This document shows positions 25,617 to 40,022 of a stretch of 64,000 nucleotides of DNA, one piece after another. Under the pieces are notes generated by a model. The model worked only from the letters and a program-made list of their open reading frames with translations. It did not search any database and was not told the origin of the DNA. The stretch lies in NCBI GenBank assembly GCA_015680685.1, contig MNCI01001065.1, forward strand, positions 140,029 through 204,028, read 5' to 3'. This DNA comes from Gnetum montanum. Lineage: Eukaryota > Plantae > Gnetophyta. The translations under genes and the position numbers were made by a program. Numbering within the stretch: the stretch's first letter is position 1; each line of letters begins with the position of its first letter.

Positions 25617-28600
25617 ATGCGTAAAGATAAATCTGAGATTAACTCTTACCATCACCACTACACAACAAAGTATTTTAACATGCACTACACTTATTCTATG
25701 TGTGAAATAGGTTAAGATATGTCCTTGATCTAGATCCCAAAAGATATAAAGCAAAACCATGCTTGTAAGACTTAATTATAGGTTTTTGTAGTGGTGGAAC
25801 TCCAACCACTAGTGAATAAATCTAATGTTAGAGACGTTGTACATCCCTTTAACATTCTAAAGCTACATGAAAACTGGATAGATGGAACACACACTCCCCT
25901 ATGGGATGAGGTCCACAACAAGGGTTACATTAATACAATATAGTAGAGGTTAGTCAATCATACTCTAAGATACCCATTATGAACTAGTCACTCAAACTCA
26001 ATGTTAGCTTTGTACAAAACAATAATTAACAAATACAATAAACTTTAAATACCCTAAGCATAAATCAACATAATAGAAAAACATGAAATACAAAAATAGA
26101 CCTCATGGTGGAAGAGATGAACTTATTCAACTGTGCTATGAAATTCTTTGCATTGGAAGTTGAACTTAACCCTTCCAAAAATGTAAAACCATTAAAACAT
26201 CAAATTAAAACTAATGGAATCCAAAACCATCATTCTAACCATGTCATCACAACAACTAAGAGATTACTTATGTCAAGAACTGCCCAAGTTGCATCACCAC
26301 AGTTATCACAATCAATATGTTCATTATGACCTACCTCTACAAGTTGCTATGAACATTGCAACTTGTATTTCAAGTCACAATAAATACAAGTTGCTGTGAA
26401 AGTTGCAATCTCTAAAGACACTTAGAAGAATCATAAATTATCTTGCACCTAATGTAGACTACAATTAAATGACCATAATAGCTACCAAGTTAGAAGAACT
26501 ACACTCTAGCCAAGGCACCTGGAACTACAAGGAATTTAGCACAAAAAATGAAAAGTGCTAAAATTAGAAGATCTACTAAGGAAAAGGAAAATAAGTACAT
26601 ATACAACTATCAAAAGGAACAAAACTAGCCCTAACTAATACTATAAATCTATATTATAAAATTTACATCTAATAAAATTTAAGTTTACTATATGATCAAT
26701 CTTCAAAAAAGAAAATATTGAAGACTAATTACATTTATAAAAATCTAAGATCTATATGAAACTACCGACCTAGTCAAAATTGCAAAAAAAGGTTACATAA
26801 GAAACTATTTCTAACATAATAATAGACGAAAAATCCAAGATCTACTATAATACTATTTAAGAAAAGAATTCACATCTTTAAAAAATTACAAATAAATAAC
26901 TCAAGGCTAACATGCATTGAAATTTTATTATCACTCTACAAATCCATAACCCAATCTAAAATAATAATAAACTATAAAAAATAAATGCTATGTACTACAA
27001 ATATAGGAAAAACTAACTCTTAAGAGGAAAGAAGCCAAAAGAACTTCCTTAATTGATGTCAACATAAGTCCCATGGAGATGAGCATACTATGTACAACCC
27101 ACAATGTACACAATCACAACACATACACAACCTTACCAACATAACTATGAGATCTTTTTCTTCCTTAACATAGGATGCTTAATGTAGAAAACTAGGTCCT
27201 AGGCTAGAATTTAATAAATCTAAGCATACTTTCCTAACCCTAAGATTTTATCCTAATATTCAATGAAGAAACTGGAAAAAAATTTTGAAAAGGTGGGAGA
27301 TAAGGTTAATCATGTATATGTAATGTTAACTATGCAAATGAAAATTCCTATCTAACCAACCTATACCAAAAATATAGAGAAATGCAACTCAACCTATTAA
27401 AACCAAAACGACTAATTCCTAACATTATAACCAATTAATGCTAATAGAGCATAATTCTAATCACAACCAAAGCATGCACAATAACTTAATAAAACCTCCT
27501 AATTACTAACTACAAATAAAACACACTAATTCCTAATCAAGTAAGCTAATAAGAAAAATATAAACACAACAAAACTACTATCATTGAATAAAATAAAATC
27601 TAAATAAATAGTATATTCTAACTACTAACTATTACCAACATGACCTACCAACATAGACATAACAAAAACATACGCATAATGAAATTGTTAATTGCTACCA
27701 ATATTACATAAAAGGTTACTACTTGACAAAAGACCATAGCTAGGCTAGGCTAATAAATAAAATATATAATATATGTAACCACACTATCAACTATATTAAA
27801 TTAATTAATAACATAAAGCAAGATCAACTAATAAATATAAAACAATGCAAGAGCCTATATGCTAAGCATAATCGTATGGTAAGAAAGCACATACATCAAA
27901 TACAAATCAAAGTAATACCCCCAAGCCATAGCCACATCCATGGTACCTATCACTCATTTAACTAAGTTAGTGCATAAGAATAATAACTATTAATGTTAAG
28001 ATACAAAGCATGTGACATCCTATTCTCATATGTCATGGAAATATCAAGTATTCATAAAATTCAACATTATGTGCAAATAAAGTGATAGGAAAAAAGCAAA
28101 AGAAAATGAAAAGAATGTTTTATTAATATTTATATCTGGGTCCTGCTCTTAGGGTTTCTTAGGATTATCTTCCTTCAACATCTATCATTTAGAGGTAATC
28201 TAGCACTACCAACACAATTAAGCTTATAACCAACCAAAAGTGATATCATTTGTTACAAAGTAATATCATCTTTATTATAGAATGGCTCCATTTGGGAATG
28301 GGAACATGATAATGCAAGCCATGATCAATCATAAAATAACAAGCTAAAGACATGATTCATTTTGTCTTTTTTATTACTAAAAAGTAAAATGTAATTATTA
28401 TTTTTTTATGAATTGATGAACAAATGTACTCTATTTTGACCCTACATCATCCCTAGTTTTCCCAAATTTATTCCTTTTTACATTGAAAAATAACTCTCCA
28501 ATACCCTTTAGTATGACCTGAATGATTTTCTTTATAGTCCAAGGTCATACAAAGTTGTAATGATTAGTTTTTCTAGAAAAAAGTCTAGCTACAAATTTCA

Positions 28601-31600
28601 TTGATCTTTCTTTTCATCTTCTTTAAGTTGAAATTCTTAGTTCTTCTCAAATATTACTTTCACTAAATTTTTTTCAATATCAACCTACAAACATCTTCAT
28701 CATTCATCATCATTACTATCTCATCAACATCATTAATCTCTCTTATCAAGATTGGCATATCTTTCAATTACAATTCAAATTTTCGTCATTCAAATGACCA
28801 ACAATCACTTATACTTTAACATCTTTATCTCATCCCAAATTTCTCATAATTTAACTTCATATAATCTTCTTATTAATTACAACAGTGGCATCAAAGCCAG
28901 TTTCATTATGAGCTGCACAAACATAATAAAATATCAATATCAATAATAAGGAAATAGCTAAATATTCTATCATCTTTAAAGGTATACAAGATTTAATCTT
29001 ATTTAAAAACATGATGAAAGGCCTCCTTAAGGTAAATGATATCTGGAAAGTAATTGAACTAGAGGAAAACCAACCTTTTCAAAATCACTCTAAATAAACA
29101 AAATAAAGATGAAGAATATCCCTTGCGAAGGATTTGTTCAAGGAATAAAAATGAACAAGGAAAGACTCCCATGCTAGAATGATCATTATCTTCAATATTT
29201 TATAGGCAATAGTAGGAAGATTATGCTTTTTAAATACTACTAAACAAATATGGGATAGATTATGCTCAAACTATCTTGGAAATTGAAAGAATCAATACAC
29301 TAATGAACTCTTATACAAAATTTAGTTTGACAAAATTAAGATCAAGAAGGAAGAACATATTTATAATTTTTTCTTACAAGAATATACAGTTTTATCAAAA
29401 ACATTGATAAATTATTTGGGTGTGGCTTCATACAACATTAGAAGTTCCAAAAGATTATAGCAACACTTTATAATAACTCTAACTATCAAAATAAAAAAAT
29501 TGAATCATTTACAATAAATAATTTAGTTGCTCAAATAAGAACACTTGAAAGTTTGAGGATAGATAACACTACAAAGGATCCAATACTTACTACCAACAGA
29601 GGAAATGGAAGACCTAATAAGGAATAGAAAGATTTAATAGACAATATAACAAAGATCAAAACATGATAAAGACTTTACCAAGAGATACAAGAGGCATAGG
29701 ATTCATAAGAAAAAGATAAAATAACCAAGGATGGAGAAATGCACAATCCTTCAATCCCATTCTATCATGCAAATTTTCTAACACCATATAGACCAGCTAG
29801 GACAAAATTGGATTTGATGAACTCTAACTCTAGAATAAGAATCAAGATGAAGCTTTGACCTTAACTTCAATGCGAGAAGAAAATAAAGGTGGAATCGAAG
29901 TTGTCATTTCTAGCAACATTATTAAACAAAATTCTTCGATTATAGATAGTAGATGCTCTAACCATAGGATACCGTATAGATTCAATCTTCTTTACTACAA
30001 GCCCAATAGACTTTATAGCATTAAATTAGGTGATGGTAACATTCATAACATAGAAGAAGTAGGAAATTCCATTTTCAAATTACCAAATAACAATGCTATG
30101 ATTATCACCAAAGTATTCTATATCTCAAACCTCTCAAATCCTTTACTTTTAGTTGGACAAATGGCTAAAAAGGAATCAATGTTAATTTCAAAAATAAATG
30201 TTGCATCATCACAAAACAAAATGAAGAAGAAATCATTAGAATCAAGACCTATAATAATATAATTTATGTAATAGATTATAATCACTTTGATTCAAAAGGT
30301 AATCCCATTAACATTATTCATGATTCCAAAAAATCCATAACACAAATAACAACTTCAAAGAACAAAATAGATTTAGACACTTTCAAAAATACATCTAGAC
30401 ATTAGCATTCAATTGTAAATGAAGAAGAAGCTAAGATATGACATAAAAGATTAGGTCATATCTCATATAATAACCTAGAAAAAATGTCCAAACCAAAGAA
30501 AGTAATAGAACTCAAAATTAGAGAAACACCCAAAGGAAAATATGAAATCTACATACAAGAAAAACAAACTAATAATCCCCATAGCATAATTATGCAAATA
30601 ACAACAAACCTCTTCAACTTCTTTAGATTGATCTCATTGTTCTTATGCCAATCACTTCAATTGGCAGGGAAAACTACCTTCTTATTATGATAGATGTACA
30701 CTCTAGATTTACCTAGACATACGACATGAGAACTAAGGATGAAGCACTAAGAAAGTTTAAAGATTCTTATACCATCATACTTAATACCATGAATCTTACT
30801 ATTAAAGCCACTAGATTGACAAAAAAAGGAGAACTCATCAACAAATATTTTGAAGATTTCTATTCAACATAATGAATATTTCATCAAAAAAACATATTGG
30901 TGCAATTCACAATTAAATGAACTTGTGAAAAGGAAAAACAAAACTCTACAAGATATCATAAGGTGCCTTCTGAAAAATGCACAATTACCAAACAACCTTT
31001 AAGCATGGCCATGACTATGGAAACATATAGAACAAATAGAATTATCAAAAATAGCAACAAATACAAATCACCATATGAACTTTTCTACAATAAGCTCCCA
31101 AACATCCAGCACATGAAGATATTTGGATGTCATTGCTATGTTAAAACTCCAAAAAAAAATTTCTTGATAAATTGGAAAGTAGAGAAAAAATACATATTTC
31201 TTGGCTACAACACAAAAACAAGTGGCTATAAATGGTATAACCCAATTGAACACAAATGATACTCATCAAGAGATGTGCTATTCATTGAAGAAAAATTCAG
31301 TATAAATGATATCCAAAAACGTAATGAAAAATCAAATACCCTAAATAACCCTAAGTTAAGGATTCAAAGAGACAATCCTCAAGATCAAACGTTAGATGTA
31401 AATTTTGAAGGAAGGATAACCCTATTCAATTCATCAAAGAACCTTTCGTATTCAACCCTTAATCAAGAGCCAACTAACATACAAGAAGCATTGAAGATCA
31501 AATAATAAAACAAAGTCATTGACAAGGAGTATGAAGCCATCATGAAGAATAATACCTAAAACCTCGTGGACACAATAAAAGGAAAGAAGATAACTAATTT

Positions 31601-32540
31601 TAAATGGTTATACAAAATAAACTATAATGAGAAAGAATAAATTATCAAACATAAAGCAAGACTTGTTGTAAAAGGATTTAGACAAAAGAAACACATTGAC
31701 TATAAAGAAATATTTCTACCTATAGTAAGGTTTGAAACTATAAAGTTTATTCTTTTTATAATAGCTCATCAAATCTTATAATTACATCAAATGGATCTAA
31801 AATTAGCCTTCCTTAATAGAAATCCAAATGATAAATTTTATGTGTAGTAACTTATAGAATATAAAATTACAAGAAAAAACAAAGTATGCAAACTGAAAAA
31901 GGCTTTGTATGGTTTAAAGCAAGATCCCCTAGCTTGGTTCCACAAAATTAATGACTTTCTTCTCAAGAAATAATACTCATCATGCATGTTTGAACTAATT
32001 ATATATTACAAGCATGACAAGAATGACTTCATAATAATCTCTCTATGTTGATTACCTATTGGAAGAATTAAAATTAGACATGAAAAATGAATTCAAAATA
32101 AAATATTTTGGAGAACAAAAATAGTTTCTTGGCATTAAAGTTGAACAAGGAAAGGAGGATATCAAGGTTCACCAAACTAAATATGCAAAATCCATACTAG
32201 AAAAATACAACATGATAAAAGAAAAATTAGCAAATTCTCCTCTACTTCATAATATCAAACTTGAAAGTAAAGAGAAAACTCCTTTTATGAATGAAAATAT
32301 GTACAAAAGTATGATAGGAGCACTGAGATTTCTTTCCCATACTATTATAAATCTAGAATTTGCTTCATCATTTCTATCACAATTCATGTAATAACTACGA
32401 GACTCTCATCTCATCATCATCATCCTAGCCTTGTCTCAACAAAATGGGGTTAACTACATGAGCTCTTTTTTGTCATTCACCTTTTTAAAGAGCTAGATCT
32501 TTGTTTATTTGTAGATTTTTCAAATCATTTTTTTCCATGT

Positions 32541-35500
32541 CTAGAGAAGGTTCACTCCAATAATTAAATCACCTTCAATGCACTAAATCTAGATATTATG
32601 CAAATAAAAAATTATTTGCTAGAAAACAAGAAAACTATCTATCTTTAATTAATTTAATATAAGATTATAATATTTTTTACACAACCCACAAGCATCCAAA
32701 ACCTATCACACTTAACTGATATTGCAAAGCATGAGGCTCTACAACCACACAATGGTTGTTCTTAATGTAAGACACAACCAATAGAAATCTCTCCCACAAC
32801 CTAAGACTGAGATCTCAACTCACAAGTGAGATACAAGAGAATAGAACACACAAATCAACACACCACAAGCTAATCTTGGAGCTGAAATCACCTATTGCAC
32901 TTGTCTAGTATGTTCACCTAGTCTCTTTGGCCTAACTCTCCACTCTTAAGAGTGTTTCCTCTAACTCCTACTGCATACAAGCTCTCTCTCCTTAAATACA
33001 AGATTTCTTCTTTTCTCATGTATGGATACATACATAATTATAAAGATCAAAACCCCTAAGAAGATTTCTATTTGCCTTCCTAGATATTTTTCACAAGGAT
33101 CTGGAGTCTTTCAAATATTTTCCAATCGAAACACCACATTAGAGCTTTTTCCCTCATCTTCTTAGATATCTCTAGTTTTGCTTAGACGTCTACTCTTTTC
33201 CATAGACATCTATACTTCAAGTTAGACATCTAAGGTGAGATGTCTATCTTTCTAGGTAGACGTCTATCCTATAGATGCCAAAAATAAACATGCTTGTTTT
33301 GATGCTTGGAGCCTCTGGATGCCTCCAAAAAATTCCCCATAGACCCTAGAACCTCCTAAACTCATCAAAATGATCCAAACACACCTCCAAACATGCTTAA
33401 AAATCCAAGAATATTCATCATAAAAAATCAACACAAGAATACATGCAAAATAGGACACACTTGTTTAGGTCTCCTTCAATCATGAACACCTATAAAAATA
33501 TTTTGTAGGAAAAACATAAGGGAATCATAAGAGGTGCTCCTACACCAGCTCTCCCATGATTCAAAATGTGAACTCATGTAAATAAGGAAGTAGTGGTATA
33601 AGTGATCCCTCACTCAACAAGTTTGGTCTCATGGACCCATATAGCATCATTAGTGGATTAATCCTTCCAATGAATCAAATATTCATGCCTCTTAACTCTA
33701 CAGATTCTAGAAGCTTCCATCTGCTTGAGTACAATTACCTTCCTCTCCATTAAAGGCTTGGACTAATCAATTGCCCCCTTCAACTCATTGATGCTATCCT
33801 ATATGGTCTCCTCATCAATTGGTCAATGATAGTGCACAAGATCTGAAACATTAAACACAAAAGACATATTGTTTAGTAAATCAATCTTAAAAGAATTATC
33901 ATTAATCTTAGCCTTGATTTTCAAATGCCCCATCTTCTTAGCTTTAAATTTGAAGAAGTTAACATCTCTTAATTTCTTCTTCTCAAATGCATGTAAACCA
34001 AGTCACCAATAGCAAAATTAGTCTTCTATTTTTCCTTATTCCTCTTAAGGACTCTCTCTTCAACCTTCTTCTCAAGATTTGATTTTACATGTGCATGAAG
34101 ATCCATCATCTCTTGCACAAAATCATCACTAAATTGAAATTCACCATCAAAGCTCTTCAAAGTATCCACCATCTTTGGACAAAATGCATAATTCATCTCA
34201 AATGGGCTTTTGCCAATCACAACATGAAAAGTATTTTCATACAAAAACTCAACATTCTTCTTCTTGGTTTTGGGAAGTCTCTTACTCATCCTTCATCTAC
34301 CATGAAAATCATAATGTAGATTGGATTCATGTTGTCCATCCATTTCATAGCTAAGACAATCAATTTCATCCTTATCAATATCCAAATTAGCATTAATAAG
34401 GATCTTCTCATAATAACTACTATTATAGCCATATACATTAGGAAAATTACCATTGTTAATCTTTCTCTTATCAACAATGGCATCCAAATTTACATTTCTT
34501 TCATCATGCGCAACATAACTTAAAACTTCACCACAACCACCATAATAATCATGATGCTCATCATCATAATGGAATAGACCACTACTAAGCTAAAGTGAAA
34601 AACTAGAATCCAACACACTAGATTCTACATAAGAGATATTACTATCATCTACAAGGTTAAGCTTAGACTCACTTACCTCTTTAAGACTTTTCTTATCCTT
34701 CTTTGGTTCAACTAGATCTTTAACATATGGTTGTCCACGCTCATCAAAGCTTTTAGCTTTAAGATTCCACACAGGAGTCTCCAACTCCAATGGTTTCTCC
34801 TCTTCAAAGGAATCATCAATAGCTTCTACAATCCACTTTGGTGGTACCAACTAAAAAGGTAAATTCTCCTCCATGGCTTAAACATCAAATTCATTGAAAT
34901 CATTCTTTCACATATCTTAGCTAGAAGACTCACCTCTCTCCCTTGAGATAGCCTCAACTTGGTAAAGAATTTTCTTTCCTTTGTCATAATATATAGAACA
35001 ATTGCACAAAGAATGAATATCATACCCTCCAGTTATGCTCTTGATCCTTCTTGAAGAACTCCCTTGATCCTTGCCACTCCCTTGGCCTTGATCTTTCACC
35101 TCTCATAACATATGAGGTAAGAACTCTTCTTGATCAACCACATACACCATCTTGAATTATGAAGATTGCTTGTTCTCTTTGATGAAGCTCTTCATTCCCT
35201 CTTTTGAAACTTTTGAGTATTGAGCACTTCCTTTCTTAATAAGAGATGCTTAAGAACTCCTTCTCTCATTCATCTCTACTTCACCAAACCTTTCATCTTC
35301 CTTCTTGAACATCTTGTGAAATTTTTCCTTTAAGCCTAGCACACCTATAGGAAGTTCAACCTGCACATCATCATGATTAGTAGAAACTATTATCATAACA
35401 ACAAAAACAAAACCAATTTCATCATGTTTTTTAATATATTCCCTCTCTCCTAGAAGGATTATGGAAGCATTAAGTAAGCTTTGCTACCTCACTTCTTCAA

Positions 35501-38291
35501 CTATCATAGGAATATAATCATGGATTTCATCAAGTCTAACAACACTCCACATATTTCTTACTCCATCAAACATAGCACCATTGTCAAAATTCCAAGCTCT
35601 ACCAAGAATTACATCAACACAATCTATTGGAAGTAAATCACATCTTCCAACATCATGAAAACTCCCAATTTTAAATTTCAAAGTACATTGTTCCCTCACC
35701 TCTTGGAAAAAACCTTTAGACAACCAATGCACCTTAAATGATCTAGGATGAGGATTAGTTACCAAACCCAATCTAGCAACTACCCTAGAACAAATAACAT
35801 TTTCTTGGGCTTCCCCATCAATCAAAACATGAATCCATTCCCCACTAAGAAAACAACTAGTCCCAATCCAAAATAACAATTTCCTATCAGGATGATCTCC
35901 TCTATTTATATTCCCTATGAATGCACAAGAATTTAATTCAGAAACATCCTCAATTTTTTGAGCATTAGGATTACCAATCTAAAGATCTTGGTTTGATGTC
36001 TCCTCCACCTCCATGGTTTGCACATCTTTTTCCTTGACTACCTTGTGTAGTGGACATTCCCATTGCTTTTGTTCCCTTTCTTCACATTTTAAGCATTGAA
36101 TGTTTGATGAGCTACTACCTTAACCCTTGTCTCCCTTGCATAGGTCCTTCTTGCTTTTACCCTTCTCATCACCTACTTTAGTCTTCTTATCTTGGCTACC
36201 CTCCTTGTCTTCAAATTTAAACTTGGATACCTTATCAAATGTAGATCCTTTCTTCCTCACTTTAGAAGTTTGTTTGCTCCTATTTCCAAATCTGCCTAAT
36301 TTCTTCTTAGCCTTGAGTGGTAAATCATAAGCCTCACATAGGGTTTATGGCTCATAAAAGGATAACTCTTGCTAATACGTCATTTGAGACCTCCTAAAAA
36401 GATTGAAGTTTGCTCATACTCTTCCTAGTTTACCTTAGCTTGATGGAATAGATCTTTAAATTGGATGTAAAATTCTTTAACATCCTATTCACCTTGCCTT
36501 AGAAATTTCAACTTCATAATGGTTTCTTGTCTCTGACAAGACTATTCAAATTTTCTTTTTAGCTTGTATTTCATCAAATCCCAATCTCTAATAGGTTAAC
36601 CAATTCATCTTTCATATCCATGGAATTCCTCTTCCCACCAAGTAGAAGCCATACCTTCTAATTTGGATTCAGTAATAGGTACCCTTAAGTTATTCAGTAC
36701 TTCTTCCAAGTGAAAATTCTTCTCAAGTGCCTTCAGCTAACTTGCAAAAGCATTGGTGTCATCTACACCTAGGAAAGTCAACTCTATGTATGGAAGTCTT
36801 AAAGCATTTCTAAATGCTCTCACAAACCTTGCCTCATTTTTGTCATCAATTTTGTTTGAAGAAGTATTGAACACCATTGAATCCCTTGGAGTTCTCATAT
36901 GAAGAATAGGATTCCCTCCCATTGAAATCCTTGGCTAATGATTTCCTACACTCCCATAGCTAGATTTACCTTCCTCTTCATCTACTTCATCTTCACTTAG
37001 CTGTGAAACTTCTTCATCTAAACATACATGCTCTTCACCACCATGTGTTGAAATATGGCTAGGACCAGCATGTCTATCCACCTTTATGTTGATTTCATTC
37101 AATCAAGTAACCATCATCTGGAAGGAGAACTTCATGCTCTTCATGTTTCAATTCAAAACTTGCACCTATTTCTTCTTGGGTGTCATCTAAAATTGACAAA
37201 ATCCTCAACCACAAATCCAAGAAACAATAAAACTAGGCTTTGATACTAATAACACTAGAGCAAGTTCACTCCAATAACTAAATCACCTTCAATGCACTAA
37301 ATCCAAATATTATGCAAAGATAAAATTATATGTTAGAAACAAGAAAAGTACCTATCTTCAACTAATTTATTAGGAGATTATAATAGGGTTCACACAACCC
37401 ACAAGCATCCAAAACTTGTCACCCTTAAACTATATTGTAGGGCATGAGACTCTACAACCACACAATGGTTGTTCTTAATGCAAGACATAATGAATAGAAA
37501 TCTCTTCCATAATTCAAGACTAAGATCTCAACTCTCAAGTGAGATACAAGAGAATAGAACACATAGATCAACAAACCACAAGCTAATCTTGGAGTTGCAA
37601 TCACCTATTGCACTTGCCTAATGTGCTCACCTAATCTCTCTTGCCTAGCTCTTCACTCTCAAGAGTGACTCCTCTCATTCTCATTGCATACAAGCTCTCT
37701 CTCCTTGAATACAAGCTCTTCTCTTTTCTTATGGATGAATACACATATAATTATAAAGATCCCAAATGCTAGGAAGCTTTCTATTTGCCTTCCTAGATAT
37801 TTCACATAGGGATCAAGTCTTTTGAATGTTTTCCAATCAAAACATGACATTAGAGCTTTGTCCCTCACCATCTTAAACATTTCTGGCTTTTCTTAGATGT
37901 CTACTATTAAAGCCTTGTTTTCATGTGAGATGTCTACTCTTTTTGGTATAAATCTTCTTTGGTTCGTAGACATTCATACTTTAGGTTATATGTCTAAGGT
38001 GAGACGTCTATCCTACATGTGCCAAAAATAAAAATGCTTATTTTGATGCCTGGGGTCTTTGGATGCCTCCAAACAAGTCCCCATAGATCCTAAAATCCCT
38101 TAAACTCATAAAAATGAGCCAAAAATACCTCCAAACATGCCAAAACATCCAAGAATCTTCATCATAAAAAATCAACACAAGAAGATGCACAAAATAGGAC
38201 ACACTCATCCAAGTATCCTTCAAGTACAAACACCTACAAAAATAACTTGTAGGACAAACATAAGGGAATCGAAAAAGGTGTTCCTACACCA
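32541..38291 (-). mobile_element. CRM-like Gypsy copy 2, non-autonomous (gag, PR and INT tail; no RT, RH or INT core)
   Basis: 5' LTR 38291-37250; PBS 37248-37236; 3' LTR 33547-32541; PPT ATGGGAGAGC; gag with CLKC..ECP knuckle ~36100-36050; PR VLIDGEAQENV...VILGRAW 35879-35484; INT tail GKSPFEMNY...KIND...VFNVSDL ~34255-33830; flanks ATGT/ATGTT. Confidence 0.92.
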
Positions 38292-38768
38292 ATGTTTTCT
38301 TTGGTCTTCCTTTCAATGGCTTTTTTAGAATAGTAATGTAGTAACCTTTGTTTAGAATTATTGTCTAATCTTCTTTTCACATGTCCAAACCATCTAAGCC
38401 ATCATTCTTATTATCAATGTTTCAAGTTTCCATCCAAAGTTTCAATCACTAGATTTGCTTCTTTATCCATGCTCGTCCATGATGTGAAAACCCTTATTTA
38501 CTTTCACAAGATCTAGATGATGATTTTTTGTGTCATTCCTAAAGGAAATCTTAATAAGCCCTTGCCTATTTTCCACAACAACTAAGCCCTTTAACTATTG
38601 TGCATCACATCTTGGGGAATGCCCTAGTATCTATAAAATTTAAAAAAGAACTCATCTATAACATTTTTCAAGGTTTTATAGCCAGCTACCAACCTAATGT
38701 GAACACTTTTTTCATATCCAGGCTTGGGACCAACATTAGTGGAGTTACAAATTTCACAATTTTCAAAA

Positions 38769-38834
38769 ATTTCCAAGAGGTTACTCATTCTAGTACTACT
38801 TCAAGATGAGCATGCTTAATTACAAAATTTTTAT
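38769..38834 (-). promoter_or_regulatory. 5S rRNA-derived segment (Pol III type-1 box A / IE / box C region), decayed
   Basis: Minus strand ATAAAAATTTTGTAATTAAGCATGCTCATCTTGAAGTAGTACTAGAATGAGTAACCTCTTGGAAAT aligns almost without gaps to plant 5S ATCAGAACTCCGCAGTTAAGCGTGCTTGGGCGAGAGTAGTACTAGGATGGGTGACCTCCTGGGAAGT; most mismatches are transitions. Confidence 0.85.
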
Positions 38835-40022
38835 CTTAATTGCTAACAACTAGTTAATTCAATAGGTTATGTAAAAGCTCTAAAAGATCTCATCTAAAAG
38901 CTCTAATCCATATTTTGAAATATGTATAAGAAATAATTAATTATGGATTAATATATATTAGAGGAGATGACAAATTTCAAGCTTATTCAAATGTTGATTA
39001 AAGAGGAGACAATGACAATAGAAAATTAACTTCAAGGAAAATCATCTTCCATGGTAAAAATGTCATTTATTAAAAACTAATAAAACAAAAATTGTTCAAT
39101 CTTTCTACATGTGAAGCAAATTTTATTGATATGGATAAATATACCTAACACATCCATTTGTTGAAATAATTAAGGATACATCTTGGATTCAATGTTGACT
39201 TACCAATTAATTTGTCTTATGACAATACATTGAGCACACAAATTTTCAATAAATATGATTTTCACAAAAAATCAAAGCACGTTAACATAAAAACACTACT
39301 TCATTAAGCATATAGTAAAGAAGGGAAATATCAAACCAATTCATGTGCAATCTAATAATCAATTGGTTGATTTTTGTATTAAACTTCTCATGCATTATAC
39401 ACATGGGCACCTTTGTAATGGCATAGCCATCAAGAAGACATCAACAAAAGAGAAAGAAACTTCCATTACACCCTAAACGAGGGACTGTTGATGTTAGAGT
39501 ACAATGTAAGCCATGATCCAACATGAAGATAAGGAGCTAAATACATGAACTTATTACGTCTCTTTTTATTACTAAAAGCTAAAGAATAATTATATATATA
39601 TATATATATTGACTCATAGATATACTTTATTTTGGCCCTAATTCATCCCTATTTTTCTAAATTTACTCAACTTTACATTACAGAATGACTTTTCAACACC
39701 TCCTAATATAGCCTCTATTTTCTTTATACATTCCAAGGTCATACCATGTTGTAATAATTATTTTTTCAAGCAATGAAATATAGCTATGAATTTCTAAAAT
39801 TTCATTTTTCTCTCTTTTTACCTTCTTTAAGTTTAAATTCTAGATTATTCTCAAATATCACTTTTACCAAGTTTGTTTCAGCATCAACTCCCTTAACTTC
39901 ATCAACCTATCAACATCTCCATTATTCCTCATCATCACTATCACATCAACATCACCAAGCTCTTTCATCAAGATTAACATTCCTTTTAATTATCATTCAA
40001 AATTTCATCATTCAAAAAACCA

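Larger units (their letters stand above)
32412..38887 (-). mobile_element. Internally deleted RTE-clade LINE derivative (~0.72 kb: 38887-38292 plus 32540-32412) with a 5S-derived head, split by CRM copy 2
   Basis: TSD TCTCATCT (32404-32411 / 38888-38895); (ATG)n tail at 32412-32424. Minus strand shows LRWFGHVKRR and GRPKKT|W, the endonuclease start LKLWMET*NI (~38445-38416), and an RTE 5' UTR motif TGTTGGTCCCAAGCCTGGATA (38735-38715). Confidence 0.85.

Noticed and set aside
38769-38834. Functional 5S rRNA gene
   Set aside because: Both 5S ends are missing, it has many substitutions, it is not in a tandem array, and it lies inside a retroposon TSD.
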